DNA of 52,019 bases from a virus (lineage: Duplodnaviria; Heunggongvirae; Uroviricota; Caudoviricetes): IMG/VR virus record IMGVR_UViG_3300035655_000051, positions 98,232-150,250 of that record; one strand, 5' to 3'. A program made the position numbers and the translations under genes. Shown in pieces: positions 1-10,658 of the stretch; position 1 is the first letter of the stretch; each line of letters starts with the position of its first letter. A model generated the notes under the pieces. The model saw only the letters and a program-made list of their open reading frames with translations, did no database searches and was not told the origin of the DNA.

Positions 1-1143
1 AAAGAATTTTATCTTAGTTCTGCATGGTTCCAAAACCACTGGAGTTATGAGAAGTGCAAGGATTATTTTGTCAACATGATTGATCAAAATAAAAAATACT
101 ATTGTGTTTCTTTCCCTTATCAGATGTCAATCAAAAGTGGGCTACTTCTCAAAGAAGCTATCGAAGACGAGATGTCTGAATCCAGTTTTTCCGATTTGAC
201 GTTCGCTATGGAAAACGAATGTAAGTGGCTGGGCGCTACCGAGGGTGGATTATTCCAATTCGATGACATCAACAAAACTCGTGTCATTGAAAAGGCATTT
301 TATGCTCCAAATATCGTACTCTCCTCCGCTGCGGCAGAGATTCCGAAAAAGAAAAACGGAGAAATCCGCATTCTGACAGCTGATATTGCACTAATGAGTT
401 CCAAGAAAAATGACAACGATGCAACAAGTATCTTTCTTAATTGTATGATACCAAACAAATCTGGACGTTATACTAGCAATTTCGTTTACTCAGAGAACAT
501 AGAAGGTATGAGCATACAAGATCAAGCACTGAAACTACGCCGCTACTTCGAATATTTTAACTGTGATTATCTCGGTATCGACGCTCGCTCAGTTGGTATT
601 CCGCTGATCGACCTGCTTATGCGCGATATTTATGACCCTGAAACTGGCGAAACCTATCCAGCAATCAGCTGCTGCAACAATACGGAAATTGCCGACCGTT
701 GTTCTGATAAGGCTGCCAAGAAGGTCATTTGGGCTATCATGGGCAGTTCTCAATTTAATAGCGACGTGGCCATTGGTCTGCGCAGTGGCTTCCAGCAGGG
801 ACGCATCCACCTTCTGCAAAGCGAATATAGCTGCGAGGATCAGTTACGCAAACTATATAAAGGATACGATAAAATGTCGCCCAGCGAACGAGCTACTCTA
901 CAAATGCCGTATATCAACACCGGGCTTGCAGTCAATGAGCTTGTCAATTTGGGCTACGAAACAGTAAACAACGTAATCAAGGTCAAGGAGAAATCAGGAT
1001 GTCGCAAAGACCGTTACTCTTCCCTGTCCTATAATTATTATATTGCGCAGCAAGTTGAGCGCAGCATGGAGAAACGGCATAACAAACCGAAGCTGCTCGA
1101 TTTTAACTTCCGTGCGCCAGTATTGAAGAAGGGAGGGCTGTAA
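1..1143 (+). CDS. terL: Terminase large subunit, C-terminal part (5' truncated by the window edge)
   Basis: Frame is open from base 1 (KEFYLSSAWF...). RNase H-like nuclease motifs ILTADIA, LGIDARSVG and RKDRYSSL. Sits directly upstream of the portal gene. Confidence 0.9.
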   Translation, partial: KEFYLSSAWFQNHWSYEKCKDYFVNMIDQNKKYYCVSFPYQMSIKSGLLLKEAIEDEMSESSFSDLTFAMENECKWLGATEGGLFQFDDINKTRVIEKAFYAPNIVLSSAAAEIPKKKNGEIRILTADIALMSSKKNDNDATSIFLNCMIPNKSGRYTSNFVYSENIEGMSIQDQALKLRRYFEYFNCDYLGIDARSVGIPLIDLLMRDIYDPETGETYPAISCCNNTEIADRCSDKAAKKVIWAIMGSSQFNSDVAIGLRSGFQQGRIHLLQSEYSCEDQLRKLYKGYDKMSPSERATLQMPYINTGLAVNELVNLGYETVNNVIKVKEKSGCRKDRYSSLSYNYYIAQQVERSMEKRHNKPKLLDFNFRAPVLKKGGL

Positions 1144-2663
1144 TGGCTGAAAATATAATGAATAAAAAGGTCATGGTCACGAATTCCAAAAGTGGAAAGA
1201 CCTCCTATGTTACATATTCTGATTTAGTAAGTGGCGTTTATGCTAATCTATCGAAGATTGGCATTCGCAACCTTGAATCCACATCAGAGACCAATCCGAC
1301 ATATACCAAGTATACGAAGGATCAAATTGTAAAGTATCTTGCTAATCCAGCTAGTTACGAAAAGCAACTGCGGAATATGAGCAAATACCTGTTCAATATT
1401 TCAAACTACTATCGTCGGCTGATTCAATATTTTGCTAATATGTCTACATTCTCTTATGAGCTTGTTCCCTACGGTCTTGATCGATCTAAAAGCATCAATT
1501 TGAATAAGTTCAAGAAAGCATACTACGCAAGCTCAACAGCTGTTGAACTGATGAACATTCCACACGAAGCAACCAAGATTTTGACGATTGCATTTCGCGA
1601 CGACGTTTATTATGGATACGCATGGGAGACGAATGATAGTTTTGCTTTCCAGAACCTAGATGCAGACTATTGTAAAATCAGTAGCATTGAAGATGGTGTA
1701 TACAACTTTGCATTCAACTTTTCATATTTTGATTCAAACCAAGACAAGCTACTGAATTATCCGCCCGAGTTCCAGACTATGTATAACACCTATAAAACCA
1801 ATACTCAGTTATATAAATGGCAAGAATTGGATAGCTCTAAGTCAATCTGTATTAAGGTAAATGAACAAGACTATATCCCCATTCCGCCGTTTGTGAGTCT
1901 GTTTAGTGCTCTGGCGGATATTGAAGATTATCGTGCTATCAGCAAGAACGCCAGTGAAGCCAATAACTACAAGGCTATTGCGATGGAGATTCCTATCAAC
2001 GACGAAGATGGTTCGTTCCTGATTGACTATGAAACTGCCAAAGAGTTCTACGACATGATGAGCAATGTATTGCCGCCGAATATTGGTGCGATTTTGACGC
2101 CCATGAAATTAACTGACTGGAATTTTGACAAGAGTGGTGTAAATAGTGATACGAACGAGGTTGCAAAGGCCGAAGCAACACTATTTGCGCAGGCTGGTGT
2201 AAATAAAATCTTGTTTGGTGGTGGTGACGACCCGGCTGCTTCAACGCTGAATCTGTGTACTGTAAATGACCAAATGATTGTATTTGCGGTGATTCGTCAG
2301 CTGGAACGTTGGGTCAATCGTAAACTCAAGAGCGTATCGAGTTCTTATAAATTCCGTATCAATTTCCTGCCGGTGACACATTATAACCGTGCCGAAATGC
2401 ATGAGCGATATCTAAAGGACGCCCAATATGGCATTCCAACACGTAGCGCTATCCTTGCAACCGCCGGGTTTGCTGGCACGGATTATGAAAATATGGCTTA
2501 TCTTGAGAATGATGTGCTCGGCTTGAATACTGTTGAAGTTCCGCTTACAAGTTCTAATACACAGTCTGGCGCTGTAAACGAGGGCGGACGCCCATCTAAT
2601 GCAAGTGAGGGCAAACAATTAAGTGACGCTGGCGAAGTAACAGCAGATAGACAGGAGGAGTAA
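1143..2663 (+). CDS. Portal protein
   Basis: 506 aa, overlaps the terminase stop codon (TAATG), has the GGRP motif in a disordered C-terminal tail, and occupies the canonical portal position. Confidence 0.85.
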   Translation: MAENIMNKKVMVTNSKSGKTSYVTYSDLVSGVYANLSKIGIRNLESTSETNPTYTKYTKDQIVKYLANPASYEKQLRNMSKYLFNISNYYRRLIQYFANMSTFSYELVPYGLDRSKSINLNKFKKAYYASSTAVELMNIPHEATKILTIAFRDDVYYGYAWETNDSFAFQNLDADYCKISSIEDGVYNFAFNFSYFDSNQDKLLNYPPEFQTMYNTYKTNTQLYKWQELDSSKSICIKVNEQDYIPIPPFVSLFSALADIEDYRAISKNASEANNYKAIAMEIPINDEDGSFLIDYETAKEFYDMMSNVLPPNIGAILTPMKLTDWNFDKSGVNSDTNEVAKAEATLFAQAGVNKILFGGGDDPAASTLNLCTVNDQMIVFAVIRQLERWVNRKLKSVSSSYKFRINFLPVTHYNRAEMHERYLKDAQYGIPTRSAILATAGFAGTDYENMAYLENDVLGLNTVEVPLTSSNTQSGAVNEGGRPSNASEGKQLSDAGEVTADRQEE

Positions 2664-2664
2664 C

Positions 2665-2880
2665 ATGGCACAATATCTATGTGAAATGGTTGTGCATGGT
2701 TCTCACGCCGCCGGGATGTCGAAGTTTTTGATAGAACACGGCGCTCTCCTGCTACGAAAAGATCCACCGAACAACTATGTATTTATCAATGATAATGTAT
2801 TTGAAAATGCTCTGGCTGAGTTGCAGATTGCAATTCGTCAGGGCTTTTATTTTACGGATGAGGAGGTGAAAGCAGAATGA
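2665..2880 (+). CDS. Small hypothetical protein of the head module
   Basis: 71 aa, GGAGG RBS, translationally coupled to the next gene (ATGA overlap). Confidence 0.7.
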   Translation: MAQYLCEMVVHGSHAAGMSKFLIEHGALLLRKDPPNNYVFINDNVFENALAELQIAIRQGFYFTDEEVKAE

Positions 2881-4514
2881 ATCAACGATATCCAATCTCT
2901 TTTTCAAAGAAGAATGAATATGAAACTTCTGATTTTCGCTTCATTGATGTCTGTATTGATGTGATGCACACAGGAGCAAATCTTAATAAGACCAGCTTCA
3001 CGAAAGATGTTATCAACAAAGCTGTCCCGACTATCGCCAATATGCCGATTCTTGGTTATGTAGTGAACGAATTGGACGATGAAGATAAAGACTTCAAAGG
3101 TCATGAGCACGAGCTGCGAATTACTGATACTGATGTCAAATATCTGTATGCGGGGCAGGCTTATGGTGTGATTCCTGAATCTTGTAACCCGCGTTGGGTT
3201 ATTAAAGATGACGGAACTGGCACAGAACGTGAATATTTGCGTGTTGACGGCCTGATTTGGACAAAATTTGGCGACCCAGTAGATATCTTCACTCGCGATG
3301 TGACAAAAAACCACAGCGTCGAACTGACCGATATGGTTTGCGAGGCGAAACGCGATGACGGAATCACTCCCGTTTCGTCTTTTAAGTTTGATGGTTGCTG
3401 CATTCTGTCGACCACCGATCCGAAGATTCAGCCCGCAATGACTGGGAGCTGTGTAACCGCCAATTTTTCTGTTGACGATATCACATCTCAAATTCGAGAG
3501 CGTCTCTATGAGTATCAGGCTCTCACGCAGAATTATGCTGCACAAAATGAAAATCCATCCGATGAGGAGAAAGGAGATAAAACACCAATGAATGAAAACG
3601 AGAAGAATACGACCGTGGTCGAAAATCCTGAAACCGTGACTCCTCCGGCAGAAAATACAGTACAGGAGCCCGACGTCCAGACTGCCGAAAATACTACTTC
3701 GGCAGATGGCGAAGGTGAGACTCCTGCGGCTGAAAATGCTGCAGAAAATGAGGGCGAGGGTGAATCTGCTCCGACTGAAAATACAGCACCGGCATCTGAA
3801 GATGAGCCCACCGCTACTGAAAACAATGAGTTTACTCTAACTACAGTTCAGCTGATGGACGAGATCGGTACTAAGCTTGCCGAGCACACCCATCCTTCTA
3901 GTTGGGATTCTGAGTATATGATTCCAGATTTCTATTTTGAAGATCTGATGCCTGAGACAGTGGTGGTTCGTTGCTCCAAGACATGGCAGCTGATGGGCAT
4001 TCCCTACTCTATGAATGGCGACAATGTTGTTCTGGATTATGAGAATATCAAGCGCATGAAGGTTACATATGAGGATTGGGATGAGGGTGAAGTGATGCCT
4101 GGCACTATTGCCGCCTTTACTACTCTGACTGACAAAATCGCTGAGCTGTCTGACAGCTTTACTAAAGCAGCCAATGAAGTTAGTGAAATCAAACCTAAGC
4201 TGGAAGCATATCAGCAGGCCGAAGCTGAGGCAGTCGCCGCAGCAGAAAAGGCTAAGCGTGACGAGCTGTTCTCTATTATGGATGAAAAGCTGGGCGCAAA
4301 TGCGGAATATACCGCACTGAAGGAGAACACGGAGATTACTTATGCCGAGCTGGAGACTAAGTGCTATGCACTGGTTGGCCGTCAGTCCGCTGAGTTCTCT
4401 TATGTTCCCACTACTAACAACAGAGGAACTGTCCGCTTTGGCGTGGGTGGCACCCAGAACGGTTCAGATAACGCCGTGTATGGTGGCCTGATGGAACACT
4501 ATCTCGGCAAGTAA
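2877..4514 (+). CDS. Prohead protease / scaffold fusion
   Basis: N-terminal protease-like domain (HTGANLN, HSVEL, GCCILS), acidic low-complexity linker, coiled-coil C-terminus; lies between portal and capsid genes. Confidence 0.75.
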   Translation: MNQRYPISFSKKNEYETSDFRFIDVCIDVMHTGANLNKTSFTKDVINKAVPTIANMPILGYVVNELDDEDKDFKGHEHELRITDTDVKYLYAGQAYGVIPESCNPRWVIKDDGTGTEREYLRVDGLIWTKFGDPVDIFTRDVTKNHSVELTDMVCEAKRDDGITPVSSFKFDGCCILSTTDPKIQPAMTGSCVTANFSVDDITSQIRERLYEYQALTQNYAAQNENPSDEEKGDKTPMNENEKNTTVVENPETVTPPAENTVQEPDVQTAENTTSADGEGETPAAENAAENEGEGESAPTENTAPASEDEPTATENNEFTLTTVQLMDEIGTKLAEHTHPSSWDSEYMIPDFYFEDLMPETVVVRCSKTWQLMGIPYSMNGDNVVLDYENIKRMKVTYEDWDEGEVMPGTIAAFTTLTDKIAELSDSFTKAANEVSEIKPKLEAYQQAEAEAVAAAEKAKRDELFSIMDEKLGANAEYTALKENTEITYAELETKCYALVGRQSAEFSYVPTTNNRGTVRFGVGGTQNGSDNAVYGGLMEHYLGK

Positions 4515-4544
4515 ATAATTCAAAATTTTAGGAGGTACATAATT

Positions 4545-5057
4545 ATGGCAAATACTAAGCATGCTGTTGTGCGCACTGATAATCTGGGTGGCACCAAGAA
4601 TGGTGAGCAGCTGGCAAGTGTGATTTTCTATTCTAGCGATGCTCCCGCAGCAATTGACAACGGTAACATCGTTGTTCTGGGCGAGAAGCTGGGTCGTGAG
4701 GCTTACAAGGCTACTGCTCCCGCTGCTGGTGCCGTGAAGGAGGATCTGTATGTGATTGCAGAGGAAGAGCTGTTCTATGATCAGACTGTCGCTCACTATC
4801 TGACCGAGTGGGTCAATGAAGCCGGTAAGACCATTCGCGCATATTCTCTGGACTCTAAGGGTGGCTTCTCTGTGACCGCTGAGGCTTTCGAGGGCACTCC
4901 CGAGATTGGCAAGACTGTTGGTTATACCGCTGGTTCTACCAAGATTACCGTTCAGACCGATGCCGCTGATGACACCACTTTCGGCACCATTCTGGAGAAG
5001 GAGACTGTCGGCTTTGGCGATGGCAAGTATACATACTTCTACATTAGCCTGAAGTGA
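4545..5057 (+). CDS. Head decoration / capsid stabilising protein
   Basis: 170 aa, strong RBS, strongly biased codons, directly upstream of the major capsid gene. Confidence 0.65.
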   Translation: MANTKHAVVRTDNLGGTKNGEQLASVIFYSSDAPAAIDNGNIVVLGEKLGREAYKATAPAAGAVKEDLYVIAEEELFYDQTVAHYLTEWVNEAGKTIRAYSLDSKGGFSVTAEAFEGTPEIGKTVGYTAGSTKITVQTDAADDTTFGTILEKETVGFGDGKYTYFYISLK

Positions 5058-5083
5058 TCCCAAAGTTCAAGAAATTAACATAA

Positions 5084-5119
5084 CGCCGTCCGTGCAATAG
5101 CGGGCGGCCATTTTTATTA
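5084..5119 (+). terminator. Intrinsic terminator-like hairpin
   Basis: GCCGTCCGT-gcaata-GCGGGCGGC followed by ATTTTTATT. Confidence 0.6.
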
Positions 5120-5134
5120 TAGGAGGTTTATACC

Positions 5135-6130
5135 ATGGCTATTGATTCTAATCTGATCAAGCTGGCTGTTGATGGCTACAAGGGTCACGTCGCCGGTGAT
5201 TACTCTGTTAATGATACTCAGGAGGCTCTGCGCAAGGCTCTGATTGAGGCAAACGGTGGCTCCACAAAGCTGGATCTGAAGGCTGTTCGCGACGGCAAGT
5301 GCGCTCAGGTTTTCGCAATTGTTGAGGAACTGGTGAATGTTATCCACGAGGAAGGTCTGAAGGGCGACGAGTTCTTCATGAACATGGTCGAGGATCGCAA
5401 TATGTCTCTGGGCGACACCAACAAGTTCCATATCGAGAAGGAGTGCCTGTTTGCTGTTGCTGATATCGCTGAAGGTACTCAGGGCATTCGTCGTCAGCGC
5501 ATCGAGGGTGGTCAGGACATCACTGTCAATACTCAGCTGCGTGCCGTGAAGATCTATGAGGAACTGAACCGCGTGCTGGCTGGCCGTATCGACTTTAACA
5601 AGTTCGTTGATCTGGTCGGCAAGTCTTTCACCAAGCAGGAGCTGGATGCTGCATATGCTGCTTTCACCGGCATGTTCTCCAAGCTGCAGGCTCCCTATAC
5701 TGTGACCGGTACTTATGACGAGGAGAAGCTGCTGGATCTGATCGAGCACGTTGAGACTTCTACTGGTGAGTCTGCTGTTATTATCGGCACTAAGAAGGCT
5801 CTGCGCAAGATCAAGACTGCTACCATGTCTGATTCCGCTAAGGAAGATGTTTACGCAATGGGCTATATTGGTCATCTGGCCGGCACTCCTCTGGTGGCTG
5901 TGAAGCAGCGTCACAAGGACGGCACCGACGACTTCCTGCTGAGCGACGATGTCATCTACGTGTTTGCTGGCGATACCAAGCCCATTAAGCGCGTTACCGA
6001 GGGTGACGTCACTATGCTGATGGGCAACCCCATGGACAACGCTGATATGACTCAGGAATTCCTGATGATGAAGCGCACCGGTATTGCCGTTATCTTTGAT
6101 CGTGACTTTGGCGTGTACAAGCTGTCCTGA
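5135..6130 (+). CDS. Major capsid protein (HK97 fold)
   Basis: 331 aa, AGGAGG RBS, strongest codon bias in the window, position after protease and decoration genes. Confidence 0.85.
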   Translation: MAIDSNLIKLAVDGYKGHVAGDYSVNDTQEALRKALIEANGGSTKLDLKAVRDGKCAQVFAIVEELVNVIHEEGLKGDEFFMNMVEDRNMSLGDTNKFHIEKECLFAVADIAEGTQGIRRQRIEGGQDITVNTQLRAVKIYEELNRVLAGRIDFNKFVDLVGKSFTKQELDAAYAAFTGMFSKLQAPYTVTGTYDEEKLLDLIEHVETSTGESAVIIGTKKALRKIKTATMSDSAKEDVYAMGYIGHLAGTPLVAVKQRHKDGTDDFLLSDDVIYVFAGDTKPIKRVTEGDVTMLMGNPMDNADMTQEFLMMKRTGIAVIFDRDFGVYKLS

Positions 6131-6152
6131 TCATCAAATTAAAATGTTACAT

Positions 6153-6186
6153 GGGCGGTAGGGGCTTCCCTGCCGCTTCTTATTAT
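6153..6186 (+). terminator. Intrinsic terminator-like hairpin after the capsid gene
   Basis: GCGGTAGGG-gctt-CCCTGCCGC followed by TTCTTATT. Confidence 0.6.
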
Positions 6187-6199
6187 ATAGGAGGAAATA

Positions 6200-6733
6200 A
6201 TGGCAAGACGTGCAACTACAAAAGCTGCGGCTCCCAAGGCAACTACTGCAAAAACCCCAGTTGAGCAGCCAGTTGTTTCTACCGCAGAGATTACAAATGA
6301 AACTATGGTTGAGTGCCGAAGTGGTGTCTCTGGCAACCTGATCTATAAGTCCTCACTGAACCCCGGCTATGTGGTCGAGTGGAGCGGTCTGGGTGAGATT
6401 CAGGAGATGGAGTATCGCGAGCTCGTTTCTATGCGTGGCAATCAGCGCAGTTTCTTTGAAGAGAATTGGATTCTGATTGATGACCCAGCAGTTATCAAGA
6501 AGCTGGGTGTCGGTCGTTACTATCAGAACAGTCTGTCTACTGATGACTTCGAGGATGTATTTAATATGTCCGCCGACGAAATCAAGGAGATCGTGCCCAC
6601 TTTGCCGGGCGGCACTAAGGACGCCATCGCATCTGAGGCTAAGAAGAAGATTGATTCTGGTGAGCTTGACAGTCGCAGTGCTATCAAGGCGCTTGAGGAC
6701 TCTCTGGATGTTGAGCTGGAAGATACCATCTAA
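6200..6733 (+). CDS. Hypothetical head-completion-region protein
   Basis: 177 aa, GGAGG RBS, basic Ala/Thr-rich N-terminus; assignment by position only. Confidence 0.6.
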   Translation: MARRATTKAAAPKATTAKTPVEQPVVSTAEITNETMVECRSGVSGNLIYKSSLNPGYVVEWSGLGEIQEMEYRELVSMRGNQRSFFEENWILIDDPAVIKKLGVGRYYQNSLSTDDFEDVFNMSADEIKEIVPTLPGGTKDAIASEAKKKIDSGELDSRSAIKALEDSLDVELEDTI

Positions 6734-6749
6734 ATAAAGGAGGCGGGCT

Positions 6750-7184
6750 ATGGCAACCACTTTTGAAAGTATCTATGCCCGCTGTCGTGGGCGAATCAAA
6801 GATTATGACAAAGAAGGCTACACAGACGAAATGTTTGCTGCCGTCGAAAAAGACCTGCTTCAGGCAGCGATTGACGATTTTGCAGACATCTGTGTTAATG
6901 ACCTGACCGATTACGACGAGGAGCTCGAGATGTTCAACGTTACGCTGTCTCGCAAGGAGCAGAGTATTCTCGCCCTGAGTATGATTGTTCACTGGTTAGA
7001 GCCTTACGTCTTTAATTCTGACGCACTAAAAAATGCCATGAGTACAAAAGATTTCTCTATGTTCTCTCCCGCTAAACTATTGGAGCAGATGAAAGACTTG
7101 TTACAGTATTCAGAACGGAAATTGAAAGCCGAAATGAATGGCTACTCGTTTAGAGTAAACAAGGTTTCTGAGCTGACTGAGTAA
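6750..7184 (+). CDS. Head-tail adaptor
   Basis: 144 aa helical protein in the adaptor position; GGAGG RBS. Confidence 0.6.
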   Translation: MATTFESIYARCRGRIKDYDKEGYTDEMFAAVEKDLLQAAIDDFADICVNDLTDYDEELEMFNVTLSRKEQSILALSMIVHWLEPYVFNSDALKNAMSTKDFSMFSPAKLLEQMKDLLQYSERKLKAEMNGYSFRVNKVSELTE

Positions 7185-7195
7185 GGCGGTGGCTT

Positions 7196-8218
7196 ATGAC
7201 TCGATCAGAATATAGAAAAATGCTTAAACTTAATGGACCAACCCAGCGTGACAGAATAATTAACAAGTCAATTCACGACCAAAACAAGTTGGCTCCAGTC
7301 AGTCCTTCTTTTAAAGATGTGACGATTGATGATATCCCGCGTAAACTGAATATTATTTCTTCAACTGTTATGGATCAAAAGATTATCCATACTCTGCCGG
7401 GCGAAGACTTTTCTATCGGAAGCATCGTCTATTGGAGCAAGAGCCACTGGTTGATTACAGAAAGAGACCCGGAAGACGAGATTACAGTGCGCGGACGTAT
7501 TCAGATTTGTCGAAAAGAAATCAAATGGCAAGACGATAATTCTCACGAGATTCATTCTTTGTGGGCTACAGTTGAAAAACCATATTATTCAAATCTGGAA
7601 GAGAACAAGCAGATGAGTTATTCTACTCGCGAATTCCGTATCCAGATGCCTTTCGATGAATACTCTGCCAATCTTAATATTGGTAAGCGGCTAATGCTGG
7701 AAATTATTAACGATGTGCCTAAAACATATCGTATTACTTCGGTCGACCAGATGACAAGCCGTATTGACTACAATAACGAACAGGTCGGATTTCTCTCTTT
7801 TAACGTTGAACAGGATCTATATAATCCAGAGACTGACAATGCTGAGAAGATGATATGTGACTATGTTCCTATTGAAGATACAGAAGAAATTCCGCCAGAA
7901 GTCGTCTATCCACCGCAGGAGGATGAGCCAGAATATGTTCTCAGTATTGATTTTACTGGAGCTCCGACAGTTCAAGCCGGCGGTTTCGGTAAGCTGTTTA
8001 CAGCGAAAATCGATGGCGAAACGTGTGAGACGGCAAATTGGACTTTACAGGGTGATCATGTTCCTGATGAGATCCATTTTAAGAACGCGGAGGATTCTGT
8101 GTCTAGCGCAAAATGTAAAGTAGTTTGCGCTGATAATCCCAAGCTGATTGGAACCATTGTATCTTTGACAGTTCAGTCAGGTAAATTAACCGCCGATATT
8201 GATTTGGAGGTGATCTGA
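7196..8218 (+). CDS. Head closure / connector protein with C-terminal Ig-like domain
   Basis: 340 aa, beta-rich, Pro/Glu linker followed by an Ig-like segment; position. Confidence 0.5.
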   Translation: MTRSEYRKMLKLNGPTQRDRIINKSIHDQNKLAPVSPSFKDVTIDDIPRKLNIISSTVMDQKIIHTLPGEDFSIGSIVYWSKSHWLITERDPEDEITVRGRIQICRKEIKWQDDNSHEIHSLWATVEKPYYSNLEENKQMSYSTREFRIQMPFDEYSANLNIGKRLMLEIINDVPKTYRITSVDQMTSRIDYNNEQVGFLSFNVEQDLYNPETDNAEKMICDYVPIEDTEEIPPEVVYPPQEDEPEYVLSIDFTGAPTVQAGGFGKLFTAKIDGETCETANWTLQGDHVPDEIHFKNAEDSVSSAKCKVVCADNPKLIGTIVSLTVQSGKLTADIDLEVI

Positions 8219-8219
8219 T

Positions 8220-8720
8220 ATGAATTTGGAAGAGATCGGTTCTTTCAAAAACAAAGTAATATCAAAGCTGATAAACGATGACAATATTCTTGATGTCCTT
8301 CTGGGCGACGTCGACAATATTGAAGATCCTGAAACTGCTCTGCTTGGTAAGGACGGGTCAGGAAAGGGTGGCTGTGTGTTCAAATACGAGTTCGTTCCAG
8401 ATACTCAAGAGAATTCCAAGACATTTTTGTGCGTTGAGGTGGTGCCAGAAGAAACTAATGGCGACACGATTACAGACATGACGATTTATGTGTTCGCATA
8501 TTGCAGCAAAAATCTCATGCAGACCTATCGCCGCAAAGGACAAGCTGGTACTCGAATTGATGTTCTCGTAAGTGACGTTGATAAGATTTTAAACGGTAAT
8601 GCTGAATTTGGAATTGGTCCACTTGAATGGGTGGGCAGCAGTATTTATAAACCAGCACAGCCCTATTATGGTCGTATGCTCGTTTATCGCGTTGGAACTT
8701 TTCGGAGGGCAAGGCGATGA
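8220..8720 (+). CDS. Tail terminator / completion protein
   Basis: 166 aa; position between connector and tail tube genes. Confidence 0.5.
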   Translation: MNLEEIGSFKNKVISKLINDDNILDVLLGDVDNIEDPETALLGKDGSGKGGCVFKYEFVPDTQENSKTFLCVEVVPEETNGDTITDMTIYVFAYCSKNLMQTYRRKGQAGTRIDVLVSDVDKILNGNAEFGIGPLEWVGSSIYKPAQPYYGRMLVYRVGTFRRARR

Positions 8721-9517
8721 TTCGATTAAATTATATAGACCATATCAGCCCTTATGGGGTCATGCTGCGCGAAGTAGGTCGAATTCACTCCCCTATTCTT
8801 GGAGATATTTTGAAGCTCGGCTACAACCAGTATCAGCGAGTATTGACTTTATTTTTGTATACACCAGAAAAATATTTCACGGACTTCTCGACAGATGCCA
8901 AGATAGAAAATCCGTGGAATCAGTTCACAAATGAACAAAAAAATGAAATGACAATGTTTGATATCCTAACAGCCAACGAAGAAGCCAGATCCGAATTGAT
9001 TTCGGGTTTGGCTCTTTTTATTTTCGGCAATTTGGAATGGGATGAAAAATATCGCGCAATTTTGATTGATAAACAAGTCGATTCAAAAGGCAATGCGTCA
9101 ATTGGCGGCTTTGTTAATAAATCAAATTACAAAACAGTTATTCAAGTAATTTTGCAGCTACTTGATATTGCGGATGATGATATGCCCGAAGAGAATCCTA
9201 AGTTTAAAACTGAGAAAGACCGGCTGTTTTGGGAAAAATTTCAGAAAAAGAAGAAAGAGTTCGCAAAAACAAAAAAAGGCGACCCCAATTTGGAGTTACC
9301 TAATATGATCTCGTTGTTGTGTACATTTCATCAGAGTCTGAATTATTCAAATATTTGTGCCCTCACCATTGGTCAGATACGAGACACGTTCTCCCAATTG
9401 ATGAAGGCAAAACAATTAAATATCGCAGAGATGAACTATTCAGTTTGGGGCGGAAAGTATGACCCGTCACAGTGGATAGAACGCATCGATAAAAAAGATG
9501 AAAACATAGGAGGATAA
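8717..9517 (+). CDS. Hypothetical tail-module protein (possible assembly chaperone)
   Basis: 266 aa, coupled by ATGA overlap; C-terminal LTIGQIRD resembles tail chaperone motifs. Confidence 0.5.
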   Translation: MIRLNYIDHISPYGVMLREVGRIHSPILGDILKLGYNQYQRVLTLFLYTPEKYFTDFSTDAKIENPWNQFTNEQKNEMTMFDILTANEEARSELISGLALFIFGNLEWDEKYRAILIDKQVDSKGNASIGGFVNKSNYKTVIQVILQLLDIADDDMPEENPKFKTEKDRLFWEKFQKKKKEFAKTKKGDPNLELPNMISLLCTFHQSLNYSNICALTIGQIRDTFSQLMKAKQLNIAEMNYSVWGGKYDPSQWIERIDKKDENIGG

Positions 9518-9522
9518 CAATT

Positions 9523-10248
9523 ATGGCTAACAAGAATGCTAATTTTGCCAACCGCGAAGTTGCTGACCTGATGCTGAAGAACTATTCCACCAAGAAGATG
9601 TTCCTGAATGTCGATTGGGCTAACGTCACTTCTACTTCTTTCGAAGGTGATCGTGTGTTTGCTACTGGCGGTCAGGGCGCTCCCAACCGCGTGCAGTTCG
9701 ACGGCTCTCGTAAAGGCACTCTGACCATCGAGGCTCAGGTGTATCCCGTCAAGGTCTTCCAGATGCTGTCTGGTAACGATTTGGGTACCACTGCAAACTT
9801 CCTGAAGCGCGAGAAGGTTACCGCTGCCGACACTGCTAAGCTGACTCTGAGCGAGGCTGCTGCCGGTGATTACGTGCAGGTCTTCAAAGCCGACGACGAT
9901 CTTGGTGCCGAGCTGACAGCTACCGTGGCTGAGAAGGAGGTTACCGTTACCGTCGAGAGCGGCGTCGACTACATTGTGTATTACTACAAGAAGTCCGCTA
10001 AGCCCCAGGTGGTACACCTCGATTCCAAGCACTTCCCCAAGGCATATCGTGTCGAGGGTTCTATTCCCTACAAGACCGAAGACGATGTCATTATCGAGGC
10101 TCATCCGATTTGGTATAAGGCTGTTCCGCAGGCTGGTTTCGAGCTGTCCTGGCAGAATACCGGCGATCCCGTTTCCCTGACCATGACCTTCGACGTTCTG
10201 GCTGATGCTGATGGCAACATGTTCGACTTGGTCTTTGATGGCGAGTAA
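9523..10248 (+). CDS. Major tail (tube) protein
   Basis: 241 aa, strong codon bias, AGGAGG RBS, C-terminal DPVSLTMTFDVL motif, followed by a terminator. Confidence 0.8.
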   Translation: MANKNANFANREVADLMLKNYSTKKMFLNVDWANVTSTSFEGDRVFATGGQGAPNRVQFDGSRKGTLTIEAQVYPVKVFQMLSGNDLGTTANFLKREKVTAADTAKLTLSEAAAGDYVQVFKADDDLGAELTATVAEKEVTVTVESGVDYIVYYYKKSAKPQVVHLDSKHFPKAYRVEGSIPYKTEDDVIIEAHPIWYKAVPQAGFELSWQNTGDPVSLTMTFDVLADADGNMFDLVFDGE

Positions 10249-10267
10249 TTGTCGAATAGTAAATCAG

Positions 10268-10300
10268 AGGTAGAGTCTTTCGGGGCTCTACCCCTTTTAT
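10268..10300 (+). terminator. Intrinsic terminator after the major tail gene
   Basis: GGTAGAGTCT-ttcg-GGGCTCTACC followed by CCTTTTAT. Confidence 0.75.
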
Positions 10301-10431
10301 GAGCGCACGACCGCTGGAGCAGTCATGCGTTGATATGAGGAAACTCACGAATAAGAAGAACACCCACACAGCGGACCAGCTCTCTAATTTGCATAGAGGC
10401 TTCAGTGATCGTTCGAGTAGTTTGGCCCCAT

Positions 10432-10533
10432 TTATGCCTGTGGCTGGCTTAAAGTCTTAGCTGATGCCAAGATGGACATGACACTAGCAATAAGACCGAT
10501 TATCATACAAAACGTTTCGAAATCAATCTCCAT
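10432..10533 (-). CDS. 33-aa hydrophobic peptide, putative type I toxin (MEIDFETFCMIIGLIASVMSILASAKTLSQPQA)
   Basis: Not in the ORF track. Minus strand reads GAAAGGAGG-accct-ATG. One TM-like helix. The RBS can be sequestered in a stem. Extended -10 upstream. Confidence 0.7.
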   Translation of the reverse strand: MEIDFETFCMIIGLIASVMSILASAKTLSQPQA

Positions 10534-10649
10534 AGGGTCCTCCTTTCTACCAGCAGCCTAACTACTGGATTTCCGGGAAGCCCCTACGATAACATCCACA
10601 TGTTTAAATAAGCCCCAAAATGGGGTGTGCAGGTGTTCTTCAAGTTTGA

Positions 10650-10658
10650 ATTCTACCA
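10650..10658 (-). promoter_or_regulatory. Extended -10 promoter (TGgTAGAAT) for the peptide transcript
   Basis: Predicted start near 10643 coincides with the 5' arm of a long-range inverted repeat. Confidence 0.5.

Noticed and set aside
2904..10104. Long minus-strand ORFs opposite the capsid, scaffold and tail genes (also 38042-41035, 42580-43422)
   Set aside because: Shadow ORFs produced by strong codon bias on the coding strand; no RBS or protein motifs.
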